DNA of 64,000 nucleotides from Candidatus Moraniibacteriota bacterium (lineage in GTDB: Bacteria > Patescibacteriota > Minisyncoccia > Moranbacterales > UBA2206), in contig CAVZKT010000002.1 of NCBI GenBank assembly GCA_963775955.1, positions 7,994 to 71,993 on the forward strand, read 5' to 3'. The notes beneath the pieces were generated by a model. It made no database searches. It was not told where the DNA came from and saw nothing but the letters and a program-made list of their open reading frames with translations. The translations under genes were made by a program, and so were the position numbers. Shown piece by piece: positions 36,898 through 44,705 of the stretch (its first letter is position 1; each line of letters opens with the position of its first letter).

Positions 36898-37338
36898 ATG
36901 CAGAAAAAAATTATCGAATTTAACCAGGCGCAGAGATCCAAAAAGTTTCCGGATTTTCAAGCCGGAGATGTAGTCAAGGTTCACCGGAAAATCAAGGAAG
37001 GAGACAAGGAAAGAATCCAAATTTTTCAGGGCATCATAATTTCCATTAAGGGCAAACAGAGTTCCTCACCGATGATCACAGTGCGCAAAGTTTCCGACGG
37101 CATTGGAGTGGAATTGATTCTGCCGATTTTTTCACCGGGCATAGAAAAAATAGAAGTGGTGAAAAGAGCCAATGTCAGAAGGTCCAAGCTCTTTTATCTG
37201 CGGGGGCTTACCGCCAAAAAAAGCCGGATGAAATACAAAGAACTGGCCGAATTCATACCAGAGGAAGAAAAAGCCAAAGAGCCGGTGGCCGAAAATATTT
37301 CTGCTGAAGAAGCAAAGGAAACTAGCGGAGAAAAATAA
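36898..37338 (+). CDS. rplS: 50S ribosomal protein L19 with acidic C-terminal extension
   Basis: FPDFQAGDVVKVHRKIKEGDKERIQIFQGIIISIKG...VRKVSDGIGVE. Confidence 0.9.
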   Translation: MQKKIIEFNQAQRSKKFPDFQAGDVVKVHRKIKEGDKERIQIFQGIIISIKGKQSSSPMITVRKVSDGIGVELILPIFSPGIEKIEVVKRANVRRSKLFYLRGLTAKKSRMKYKELAEFIPEEEKAKEPVAENISAEEAKETSGEK

Positions 37339-37362
37339 AAAATGTTTTTGCGGATGTCTTTT

Positions 37363-37445
37363 GGGGATATGGCGGAATCGGTATACGCGATAGGTTGAGG
37401 ACCTATGCTCGTAAGAGCGTGAGGGTTCAAGTCCCTCTATCCCCA
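37363..37445 (+). tRNA. tRNA-Leu(GAG)
   Basis: GGGGATA-TG-GCGG...ATAGG-TTGAGGA-CCTAT, long variable arm, GAGGG-TTCAAGT-CCCTC-TATCCCC-A. Confidence 0.9.
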
Positions 37446-37450
37446 CACAG

Positions 37451-37500
37451 GCGCGCTTAGCTCAGTTGGCTAGAGTCCGCCACGGCGGATTTACACCGAG
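37451..37500 (+). pseudogene. partial copy of tRNA-Val(TAC) (acceptor, D-arm, modified anticodon arm)
   Basis: GCGCGCTTAGCTCAGTTGGCTAGAG is identical to 37745-37769, followed by TCCGCCACGGCGGA-TTTACAC-CGAG. Confidence 0.7.
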
Positions 37501-37511
37501 AGGGTAAAATT

Positions 37512-37754
37512 ATGTTTTTTGTATACATTATCGAAAATAATGACGGAAAGCTGTATATTGGTCAAACCTATAATTTAGAAAAAAGAATTCTAGATCATAA
37601 CGAATTAGGAATAGGATATACTTCTAAATTTAGACCATGGAAATTAATATATTCAGAAAGTTTTTATTCCAGGAAAGATGCTATGAAAAGAGAAAAATAT
37701 TTAAAAACCGGAGCTGGCAGGGACTGGATTAAAAATAATATCAGGCGCGCTTAG
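37512..37754 (+). CDS. GIY-YIG nuclease-domain protein (80 aa)
   Basis: MFFVYIIENNDGKLYIGQTYNLEKRILDHN...KREKYLK. The stop codon TAG lies inside the 5' end of the downstream tRNA-Val(TAC). Confidence 0.8.
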   Translation: MFFVYIIENNDGKLYIGQTYNLEKRILDHNELGIGYTSKFRPWKLIYSESFYSRKDAMKREKYLKTGAGRDWIKNNIRRA

Positions 37755-37821
37755 CTCAGTTGGCTAGAGCGCCTCGTTTACACCGAGGATGTCGGGGGTT
37801 CAAGTCCCTCAGCGCGCACCA
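37745..37821 (+). tRNA. tRNA-Val(TAC), the only tRNA here with an encoded CCA
   Basis: GCGCGCT-TA-GCTC-AGTTGGCTA-GAGC-G-CCTCG-TTTACAC-CGAGG-ATGTC-GGGGG-TTCAAGT-CCCTC-AGCGCGC-A-CCA. Confidence 0.9.
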
Positions 37822-37933
37822 TTTCGGAAAAGTGCGGATGGAGTCCGCCACGGCGGATTTACAACAGAGAGTTTGGGGGCTGAAAGTTCGCCGTGGCGAA
37901 TTCGAGTCCTATAGGATCCACCCTTAAAAATAA

Positions 37934-38181
37934 CCTGGATAGCTCAGTTCCGCCAAGGGCGGACAGGGTTCGAGCACACGACCCCGCACTAAAATTTTGC
38001 CGAGTTAGCTCAGTGGTAGAGCACACGACTGAAAATCGTGGTGTCCCCAGTTCGATCCTGGGACTCGGCACATAAATGGCAAAATTTAGTACGGGGCAAG
38101 CTGAAAATTTTACCCCGCACCAATCCGCCGCGGATTTGGTGTCGGGGCCTTGCGTGCCCAGTTCGACTCTGGGATCTGGCA
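37934..38181 (+). other. interrupted tRNA-Phe-like gene enclosing intact tRNA-Phe(GAA)
   Basis: CCTGGATAGCTCAGTT[CCGCCAAGGGCGG]...GAGCACACGAC | CCCGCACTAAAATTTT | tRNA-Phe | AAAATTTAGTACGGGG CAAG CTGAAAA [TTTTACCCCGCACCAATCCGCCGCGGATTTGGTGTCGGGG] CCTTGCGTG-CCCAG-TTCGACT-CTGGG-ATCTGGC-A. Confidence 0.5.
37999..38070 (+). tRNA. tRNA-Phe(GAA)
   Basis: GCCGAGT-TA-GCTC-AGTGGTA-GAGC-A-CACGA-CTGAAAA-TCGTG-GTGTC-CCCAG-TTCGATC-CTGGG-ACTCGGC-A. Confidence 0.9.
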
Positions 38182-38231
38182 CAAAATATTGCTTTGCATG
38201 AAGCGGGTCTGCCCGCCAAGGCGAAGCGCAG

Positions 38232-38303
38232 GCGGGTATCGTATAGCGGCTATTATATTACCTTGCCAAGGTAGAGATACGGGTTCGACTCCCGTTACCC
38301 GCT
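38232..38303 (+). tRNA. tRNA-Gly(GCC)
   Basis: GCGGGTA...TTACC-TTGCCAA-GGTAG...ACGGG-TTCGACT-CCCGT-TACCCGC-T. Preceded by a duplicated GCGGGT + GC hairpin. Confidence 0.8.
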
Positions 38304-38405
38304 CAGCGAAAAATGAGGCTAATTGAAGCCTTGTTTTTTATTACCCATGAGGGAAATCGAACTGTGTGGTATAATAAAAATGTAATAAATTAAAAAAATA
38401 ATGTT

Positions 38406-38786
38406 ATGAAGATAGAACAGGGACCCCAAAAACCTCTCAATAAAGATGAAGCGCATGAGTTAGCTAATATGATGAAAGCTAAATGGCCGCTAGTATCAAG
38501 AACTGCGGAAGACTACAATCGAGCGCTTATTTTAGTTGAGGAAATAAAACAAGAAGCTGAAAAGGAATCTAATGTGGAAAAAGTTTTTAATGATGTGGCT
38601 CGTCGGGCAGTAACAAATTATCATGACTTCCTTGATTTTGTTCTTGGATTATGCGGAAGTGGAGATGATTTGGAAAAAAGATCTATGTCACTTCATGATC
38701 TTGAAGATGCGGCAAAAAAATTAAAAGATTTGAAATTCGAAGCAAAAAAAGTTGCAGAACGAGAAAATAATGGAGTTGCCCAGTAG
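38406..38786 (+). CDS. hypothetical protein
   Basis: 126-aa ORF. Hairpin terminator at about 38936-38961. Confidence 0.5.
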   Translation: MKIEQGPQKPLNKDEAHELANMMKAKWPLVSRTAEDYNRALILVEEIKQEAEKESNVEKVFNDVARRAVTNYHDFLDFVLGLCGSGDDLEKRSMSLHDLEDAAKKLKDLKFEAKKVAERENNGVAQ

Positions 38787-39068
38787 TTTATTTTTAAACA
38801 TTGCAAAGCATTAGAAGGTTTGGGTAAATACGATTTAAAATGAAGTTTGAACTTCTTCGGGAAGGCAAGGCTTAAACAAAGTAGTTCTCTCTGAATCCAG
38901 TTCTAATCGTGTAGCTTAAAGAGCTCAAAATTCATAAAAACGGCTTAAATGGGCCGTTTTTATATTGCAGGGATTGACATTACTAATTTTAATTGCTAAC
39001 TTTGTATATCAAGCTGTACCTGAAAAATCTAGAGCTATTAAGCTCAATAAATAGAAGGAGGAATTAAG

Positions 39069-39503
39069 ATGAACGACAATGATCGTGCCGAGGCATTGCG
39101 GGAAATGAGACTTTTTAAAGTTGGCAGCAGCTTTCTCTTTGCAGTTCAAATACCTGATGACTCAGTCGGGTGTAGCGGCTCTCGTTGCTCAAATTGCAAT
39201 AATACGGTGGCTTACTGCGAGCAAAGATGCACATCGTGCGGTTTTCCGTTTATTGGGCCGTCAGGCTTTCCTCAATTCTCTAAGTGGAAGACTCTTGATT
39301 CAAGCAGAAAAAGAATACTAGTCGAAGATGTTTACGCAAGCGGTGTTTCCAGGGGTCGTCTTGGATATTCAAATGTTGAGTTTGTCCCGCTAACCGTCAG
39401 GGAGTTAAGTAGAGTTGAAAGACTGGAAGGGTGTGACGCCAGACACTTTATCTCGGCTCACTTAATATCGCCAAAGGTAATCAGGGTAACTCTTTTTGAG
39501 TGA
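39069..39503 (+). CDS. hypothetical Cys-rich (zinc-ribbon-like) protein
   Basis: GGAGGA RBS. CSGSRCSNCNNTVAYCEQRCTSCGFPF. Confidence 0.5.
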   Translation: MNDNDRAEALREMRLFKVGSSFLFAVQIPDDSVGCSGSRCSNCNNTVAYCEQRCTSCGFPFIGPSGFPQFSKWKTLDSSRKRILVEDVYASGVSRGRLGYSNVEFVPLTVRELSRVERLEGCDARHFISAHLISPKVIRVTLFE

Positions 39504-39537
39504 GTAAAAAACAAAACGTCAGCTCTAATAAGCTGTG

Positions 39538-39562
39538 CCAGGTACGATAACCCTGGTTTTTT
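39538..39562 (+). terminator. rho-independent terminator
   Basis: CCAGGTACGATAACCCTGG + TTTTTT. Confidence 0.6.
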
Positions 39563-39841
39563 ATTTAAAACAAACACTTTCTCTCATAAACCCAGTTCAA
39601 ACCCCAGAAGTATCCGCCTCGGGCGGAACTACGGGGTAGGCTGTATGAACCCCGGTAGCAAATCCGCGGCGGATTGCTACAGGGTAAACTTCCCAGCTCA
39701 AAAATAGTCCAAAACACCCTTTTTCAAGCCGAAAATCCTACCCGGGGATTTTTTGGTTTTTATGGCTTAAATCAGCCTAAAACAAAAAGCGGGAGAAATC
39801 TGTATGGCTTAAATAAGCCAAAAAGTCGAATCGGCCTTTTA

Positions 39842-39918
39842 CCCCGTTAGAAGTTATATATTTTGCTTATTAAAGCCTTAAATGGCAATTTTTCGCTTGA
39901 AAAAGACTTCTAACGGGG
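39842..39918 (+). repeat. CCCCGTTAGA-type inverted-repeat element
   Basis: CCCCGTTAGAAGT (39842-39854) / ACTTCTAACGGGG (39906-39918). Confidence 0.8.
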
Positions 39919-39947
39919 TTGACAGCTGGATGAGGATCTGCTATACT
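39919..39947 (+). promoter_or_regulatory. sigma70-type promoter TTGACA-N17-TATACT (extended -10 TGC) abutting the repeat arm
   Basis: GGGGTTGACAGCTGGATGAGGATCTGCTATACTGG, 70 nt upstream of the 40016 gene. Confidence 0.6.
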
Positions 39948-40015
39948 GGTTGGTCAGCCTGGAAAGGCTATTTTATTTGGAGTCTGGGCCTGACATTAAC
40001 AATTAAAAGCAATAC

Positions 40016-40585
40016 ATGCGTATCATTAGTAAGTTGATGGTCGCGCTGGCGCTTTTGGCGGTAATTATGCCTCAAGTAGCCCTGGCGGCCGAAAACGAGG
40101 ACACTAATGAAACACAAACAAAATTTAAAATACAAGAGAATAATCAGGCTGTTGATGGCCTTGTCTATGACAACATACTGATTCAAGCGCCTTACAATTA
40201 TCCCGGATACGAGCCGGTTAAGACTCCCGATGAGCTTAAGCGGGAAGCGATGGCCGAGAAGTATAAAAATTTAATTGCTTCTGCCAACTTTCCACAAGGA
40301 AAATTTGTGCTTAACGCTTCAGCCTATACGGCGGCGGCGGATGAGTGCGGAAAAAGCAACGGCATTACGGCCAGCGGCGTCAAAGTTATGGAAAACAGAA
40401 CTTTGGCCTGCCCGCCCCAATATCCTTTTGGAACCAAAATCCAAATTGATGGCATGGGAACCTATGTTTGCGAAGACCGCGGGGGAGCGATCAAGGGCAA
40501 TCATGTGGACATCTATATGGAAACCAAGTCCCAAGCTTTCGCTTTCGGACGAAGAAATCTGGTGGCGGAAATAGTCCTGAACTAA
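40016..40585 (+). CDS. secreted 3D-domain protein (MltA/RlpA-like fold)
   Basis: Signal peptide. ASAYTAAADECGKSNGITASG...YPFGTKIQIDGMGTYVCEDRGGAIKGNHVDIYM. Confidence 0.75.
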   Translation: MRIISKLMVALALLAVIMPQVALAAENEDTNETQTKFKIQENNQAVDGLVYDNILIQAPYNYPGYEPVKTPDELKREAMAEKYKNLIASANFPQGKFVLNASAYTAAADECGKSNGITASGVKVMENRTLACPPQYPFGTKIQIDGMGTYVCEDRGGAIKGNHVDIYMETKSQAFAFGRRNLVAEIVLN

Positions 40586-40768
40586 AAATTCAAAATAAAA
40601 TATGCAAAAACATCCCGAGCAATTGGGATGTTTTTGTTTACTCCCGCATCAACTTTTTATTTTATTAAATTTCGATTATTAACCAATTAATTTCTATGTA
40701 AAAAGTTGGTGCGGGGTTTGACCTAAGGAGTTGTTTTTGGTAAACTAAGCCTTGTAATATAGTATTTT

Positions 40769-40841
40769 GGTCGCGTGGCGAAGCAGCTAACGCGGCGGTC
40801 TGCAAAACCGCTATTCGTGGGTGCAACTCCCACCGCGACCT
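40769..40841 (+). tRNA. tRNA-Cys(GCA)
   Basis: GGTCGCG...GCGGT-CTGCAAA-ACCGC...GTGGG-TGCAACT-CCCAC-CGCGACC-T. Confidence 0.8.
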
Positions 40842-40855
40842 CAATAAAATTAAAC

Positions 40856-40939
40856 GCCCGGGTGGTGGAACCGGTAGACACAAGGGACTTAAAATCCCTC
40901 GGTAGCAATACCGTGCGAGTTCGAGTCTCGCCCCGGGCA
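40856..40939 (+). tRNA. tRNA-Leu(TAA)
   Basis: GCCCGGG-TG-GTGG...AGGGA-CTTAAAA-TCCCT, long variable arm, GCGAG-TTCGAGT-CTCGC-CCCGGGC-A. Confidence 0.9.
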
Positions 40940-40943
40940 CAAA

Positions 40944-40967
40944 AAAACAGGCAGTAAGCCTGTTTTT
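40944..40967. terminator. bidirectional hairpin terminator
   Basis: AAAAAAACAGGCAGTAAGCCTGTTTTT lies between the convergent tRNA genes and the speH-like gene. Confidence 0.65.
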
Positions 40968-40979
40968 AACTTTATAAAT

Positions 40980-41372
40980 CTAGTATCTGAAATTTATTGA
41001 AATTTTATAACTATTCGCTCCGAAAAATTTTTTGGCGAATTCAGCTGTTTTATAGGGCGGGTATTCCTTGCAACTGAAAATATCCAGATAGACGGCATTG
41101 CTTTGGTTGGCGAAATGGCCGGAAATGAGAGAGGTTTCAATAAGTTGTGTCATGGAAAAACCGGTAACCCGCGGATCGTCGCCAAAATCAATAACCACAG
41201 TTTTTCCAAACCGGCGCATCTTTATCAAGTCGCATAGTTCTTTCACGAACTGTTTCACCTTTTTGGCGCTGCGGATCGTTTTTGGATTGCAATCGTAAAG
41301 ATCAACGCAAGTGCTCATGCCCCACGGATTTTTCTTTTTGTATTTTTTGATTATTTTTTGGTCTTTAGCCAT
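40980..41372 (-). CDS. S-adenosylmethionine decarboxylase-related protein (SpeH-like)
   Basis: 130 aa, LIETSLISGHF resembles the self-processing ES site region. Confidence 0.55.
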   Translation of the reverse strand: MAKDQKIIKKYKKKNPWGMSTCVDLYDCNPKTIRSAKKVKQFVKELCDLIKMRRFGKTVVIDFGDDPRVTGFSMTQLIETSLISGHFANQSNAVYLDIFSCKEYPPYKTAEFAKKFFGANSYKISINFRY

Positions 41373-41461
41373 TTCATTTCCCCTCCCGCCTCTAGCGGAA
41401 ATTTGCCAATAGTTTTAGTTAGTGGATTTAATTATAAGATAAACTGAAATTTATGCAATAG

Positions 41462-42055
41462 TTATTTTTGTTCTTCTCTGAGCTTTTTCAAAACTTTCGG
41501 AATTCGTTTGAAATCTTTAATCAAAACTTCGCGCATACTGCCGTTATATAGCGCGGCGGCAGGATGATAAAGCGTATAAAAAACCTGTTTTCCCAGGCCT
41601 TCCATTTCCCGGCGCAGGGCTTTGCCGTGGACTTGGGAAATTTTTTGTCTGGGCAAAAAGCGCTCCATGCTGTGACGCCCCAGAGTCACTATTAATCCGG
41701 GCTGGATTATTTTTATTTGCTCTAAAAGCCACGGCCAGCAGGCTTCCGCCTCCTCCGGGAGCGGATCGCGGTTTGCCGGCGGGCGGCACTTAACGACATT
41801 GGCAATATAAACCTGGTCGCGCTTGAGTTTTATAGAGGCAAGCATTTCATCCAGAAATTTTCCCGCCGCGCCCACAAACGGACGGCCCAGCTCGTCCTCT
41901 TTCTGTCCCGGCCCCTCGCCGATAAACATAATTTCAGCGTCTGCCGATCCTTCGCCGGGAACAACCTGCTTGCAAGTCGCGCGCAAGACACAGTGGCTGC
42001 AGGCCAGCATTTTTTTATTCAGTTGGCCTAGTTGTTCTTGTTTGTTTAAGGTCAT
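41462..42055 (-). CDS. udg: uracil-DNA glycosylase, family 4
   Basis: CSHCVL...C, GEGPGQKEDELGRPFVGAAGKFL, ...HPAAAL. Confidence 0.85.
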   Translation of the reverse strand: MTLNKQEQLGQLNKKMLACSHCVLRATCKQVVPGEGSADAEIMFIGEGPGQKEDELGRPFVGAAGKFLDEMLASIKLKRDQVYIANVVKCRPPANRDPLPEEAEACWPWLLEQIKIIQPGLIVTLGRHSMERFLPRQKISQVHGKALRREMEGLGKQVFYTLYHPAAALYNGSMREVLIKDFKRIPKVLKKLREEQK

Positions 42056-42566
42056 GGATTTTGATTAATGCAAAGTTATTATTTTCCGTATTCCAAACAG
42101 CAAAAGTCGGCAGGTAAAGTTCCCCGGCCACGTTGCCGGGATTTAGCATCACACAGTTCCTTTCTTGTCCGTCCGTAGCCTTGGCGAAGGAGGACCACGG
42201 CCTATGCGTATGGCCGCAAAAAACGAAGTCATATTTTCCAGTGCTGCATAATTCTTTTGCTTTTTCCGGATAGTGGACAAACGCGATATTATAATTGCCT
42301 ATTTTGGCTTCCCCATAATCCCTGAAAATCCAAGTGTTTTTGTATTCAGCTTCAAAATCGTAATTTTTAAGATGACTATCATCCATATTTCCGAAGCAAA
42401 AATATGTTTCACCGGAAAAATTGTCATTCAAAAAATCTAAAGTATCCATCGATCCTAAATCTCCGCAGCAGATGACCGTCTGGATATTTTCTTTTGCGCA
42501 ATAATCCAGGACCTTTTTAAGGTTAACCTCGTTATTATGGATGTCTGATATAATCGCAACTTTCAT
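42015..42566 (-). CDS. YfcE/MJ0936-type metallophosphoesterase
   Basis: MKVAIISDIHNN, GDLG, GNMD, CGHTH. Confidence 0.75.
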   Translation of the reverse strand: MKVAIISDIHNNEVNLKKVLDYCAKENIQTVICCGDLGSMDTLDFLNDNFSGETYFCFGNMDDSHLKNYDFEAEYKNTWIFRDYGEAKIGNYNIAFVHYPEKAKELCSTGKYDFVFCGHTHRPWSSFAKATDGQERNCVMLNPGNVAGELYLPTFAVWNTENNNFALIKIHDLKQTRTTRPTE

Positions 42567-43394
42567 TTATTTTGAATCCCTTAATTTTTTTAGAAGTTTT
42601 ATGTCCTCCTCCACTTCCGGCCATTCGGTTTCGCAGAGCATGTCAATATTATTTTTTTTAGCGAAGGCGGCGATGTTTTCAAAAGCTTTGAGGCCGATTT
42701 TACCTTTGCCTATGTGTTCGTGGCGGTCTTTATTGGAACCGCAATCAGATTGGCTGTCGTTGGCGTGGATGAGTTTTATATTTTCAATCCCAATGTCTTT
42801 GTCAACTTTTTTAATTGCAGTTTCAAAATCCCGCCAATCATATCCTGATGCAAAAGAATGCTGGGTGTCCAAGCAAATGCCGGCTATGGCGGGGCTTTTC
42901 ACGCCGTCAATAATTTCTTTCAATTCTTTCAAATCATCACCGATAATTTCTCCCGCGCCGGCGCTGTTTTCCAATAATAATCTAGTGCTTCCGGAATATC
43001 CTTCCAAAGTTTTTTTGAGCATCTCAATGGTTTTTTTTATGGCTTCTATTTGACCAAGATCTTTGGCAGTGCCAATGTGGGTCATGACATATTTGGCGCC
43101 GAGGAGGCTGCCTCTTTCCAGTTCATCGCGGATAGTTTTTACAGATCCATAGCGAATGCGGCTATTAGCAGAAGCCAGGTTGATATAGTAGGGGGTGTGA
43201 ATATAGACATCTCGTAACTCGTAACTCGTAACTCTTAACTTAAATTCATGAATTAATTCAGGAGTTAACTCTGGCGCTTTGCCGCCCTGGGGCGCGCGGG
43301 TGAAAATTTGAATGACTTCGCATCCTAAAGCATGCCCGTTCTTAGGGGCGTTCCAAATTCCGCCGGCGATGGAAACATGACAGCCGATGTGCAT
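42567..43394 (-). CDS. nfo: endonuclease IV
   Basis: IGCHVSIAGG, HTPYYINLAS, ENSAGAG, CLDTQHSFASGYD, HANDS. Contains the (GAGTTAC)x3 repeat encoding LRVTSYELRD. Confidence 0.88.
   Translation of the reverse strand: MHIGCHVSIAGGIWNAPKNGHALGCEVIQIFTRAPQGGKAPELTPELIHEFKLRVTSYELRDVYIHTPYYINLASANSRIRYGSVKTIRDELERGSLLGAKYVMTHIGTAKDLGQIEAIKKTIEMLKKTLEGYSGSTRLLLENSAGAGEIIGDDLKELKEIIDGVKSPAIAGICLDTQHSFASGYDWRDFETAIKKVDKDIGIENIKLIHANDSQSDCGSNKDRHEHIGKGKIGLKAFENIAAFAKKNNIDMLCETEWPEVEEDIKLLKKLRDSK
43211..43239. repeat. tandem heptamer CTCGTAA/CTCGTAA/CTCGTAA inside nfo
   Basis: CTCGTAACTCGTAACTCGTAACTCTTAAC. Confidence 0.8.
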
Positions 43395-43451
43395 GTTTAT
43401 ATTTTAGCATATAATTGCAATTTCCACTTTCTTTTGGCAGCAAAGCCTTCC

Positions 43452-43630
43452 TTTTACTTTTTCTTTCCGCAAGAAAAAGTAACAAAAAGAACTCTCAGCC
43501 GGACAAAATTTCCAAACAAATTCTGCGTTCGCGAGCTAAAAGTTCACGGCTGCTTCCGCCAGGGGCGGAATCAAGGAACTTTTTTAACGCTCACTCGCTT
43601 GAATTTCGGGGAAATTTTATAGGCTGAATG
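43452..43630 (+). repeat. ~190-bp long-hairpin repeat, copy 2 of 3
   Basis: The first about 75 nt are near-identical to 8143-8217. Apex differs (TCCGCCAGGGGCGGA). Confidence 0.8.
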
Positions 43631-43652
43631 TTTTTTAAAAAATTTATATAAG

Positions 43653-44702
43653 CTAGATTATCTCCCAACCATTCTCGGTTTCAACTATTTTTCCCTTAAT
43701 CTCAAATCCGCTGGCGAGTTTGTGGCCGCCGCCGCCAAATCGGGCGGCAATTTTTGATACGTCCACATCCTTATATTCTTCCGAGCGCAGGCTGCCTTTT
43801 ATTACGCCGTCATCTCTTTCCGAAAGTATTAAGGAAAATTTCGTGTCTGGAACGGTGTTGAGAATGCCGGCCACTTGCGCAATGTCTTCTGTTCCGGCGG
43901 AGCATTCTTCCAGATCTTTTTGTGTCAGCACGGAAATAATCATGCCGTTATTCGGGTTTATTTTTGCCCGCTTAAAAGCCTTGCCCCAGAGCTTGAGCGT
44001 GGAAATGTTTTTATTGGCAAATGCCGTTTCAATGATTTTAGAAAGCGGGGCGCCTTTTTTTAGAAGCACAGAAGCGATTTCCATGACGCGCGGGGTGGTA
44101 TTTGAATGCTGGAAAGATCCGGTGTCGCCCAAAATGCCGAGCATAAGAAAAGTGGCCATCGGGCGCGTGAACTCGATTTTGCTAAATTCAAAAAAAGCAT
44201 AGACAATTTCGCAGACGGATGAATAATGAGCGTCAATGATATTGATATCGCCCTTAAGAGTGATATCGGGGTGATGATCTAAAAGTGCTACAATCTGGTT
44301 TTCTTTGTTTATAAAACTACTCCGATTAAATACGGCTTCGCCGTCCCAGTTAAGCGGGGATTTAACAGGGTAAATTTTTTGGAAGCCGCGCTCCACGCTG
44401 TCCGCGGCGATGATTAAATTGTATTTTTTCAAGTCCAGTTTGCCCGGATGAATAAAATTTTCCGCAGAGAGAGGACGTAAGTATTCCGGGTATGGATCAA
44501 AGCAGGCAATGTCCGCGGATTTCCCCAAGTTTTTTATATATTCCTTGAGCGCCAGGCATGATCCGACAGTATCGCCGTCCGGGCGGGAATGGGCAAAAAG
44601 AAGAATCCGTCCCGATTCCTTAATAACGTAATTTAAAGTATGAAATTCTTGGGAAAATTTTTTCACCGGATGGTTTAATAAAAAATGCGACTTTTGCCGC
44701 AC
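43653..44702 (-). CDS. nrnA: DHH/DHHA1 phosphoesterase (NrnA-like)
   Basis: HSRPDGDTVGS, LLDHHPD, GGGGHKLASG. Confidence 0.8.
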   Translation of the reverse strand: MRQKSHFLLNHPVKKFSQEFHTLNYVIKESGRILLFAHSRPDGDTVGSCLALKEYIKNLGKSADIACFDPYPEYLRPLSAENFIHPGKLDLKKYNLIIAADSVERGFQKIYPVKSPLNWDGEAVFNRSSFINKENQIVALLDHHPDITLKGDINIIDAHYSSVCEIVYAFFEFSKIEFTRPMATFLMLGILGDTGSFQHSNTTPRVMEIASVLLKKGAPLSKIIETAFANKNISTLKLWGKAFKRAKINPNNGMIISVLTQKDLEECSAGTEDIAQVAGILNTVPDTKFSLILSERDDGVIKGSLRSEEYKDVDVSKIAARFGGGGHKLASGFEIKGKIVETENGWEII

Positions 44703-44705
44703 TCC

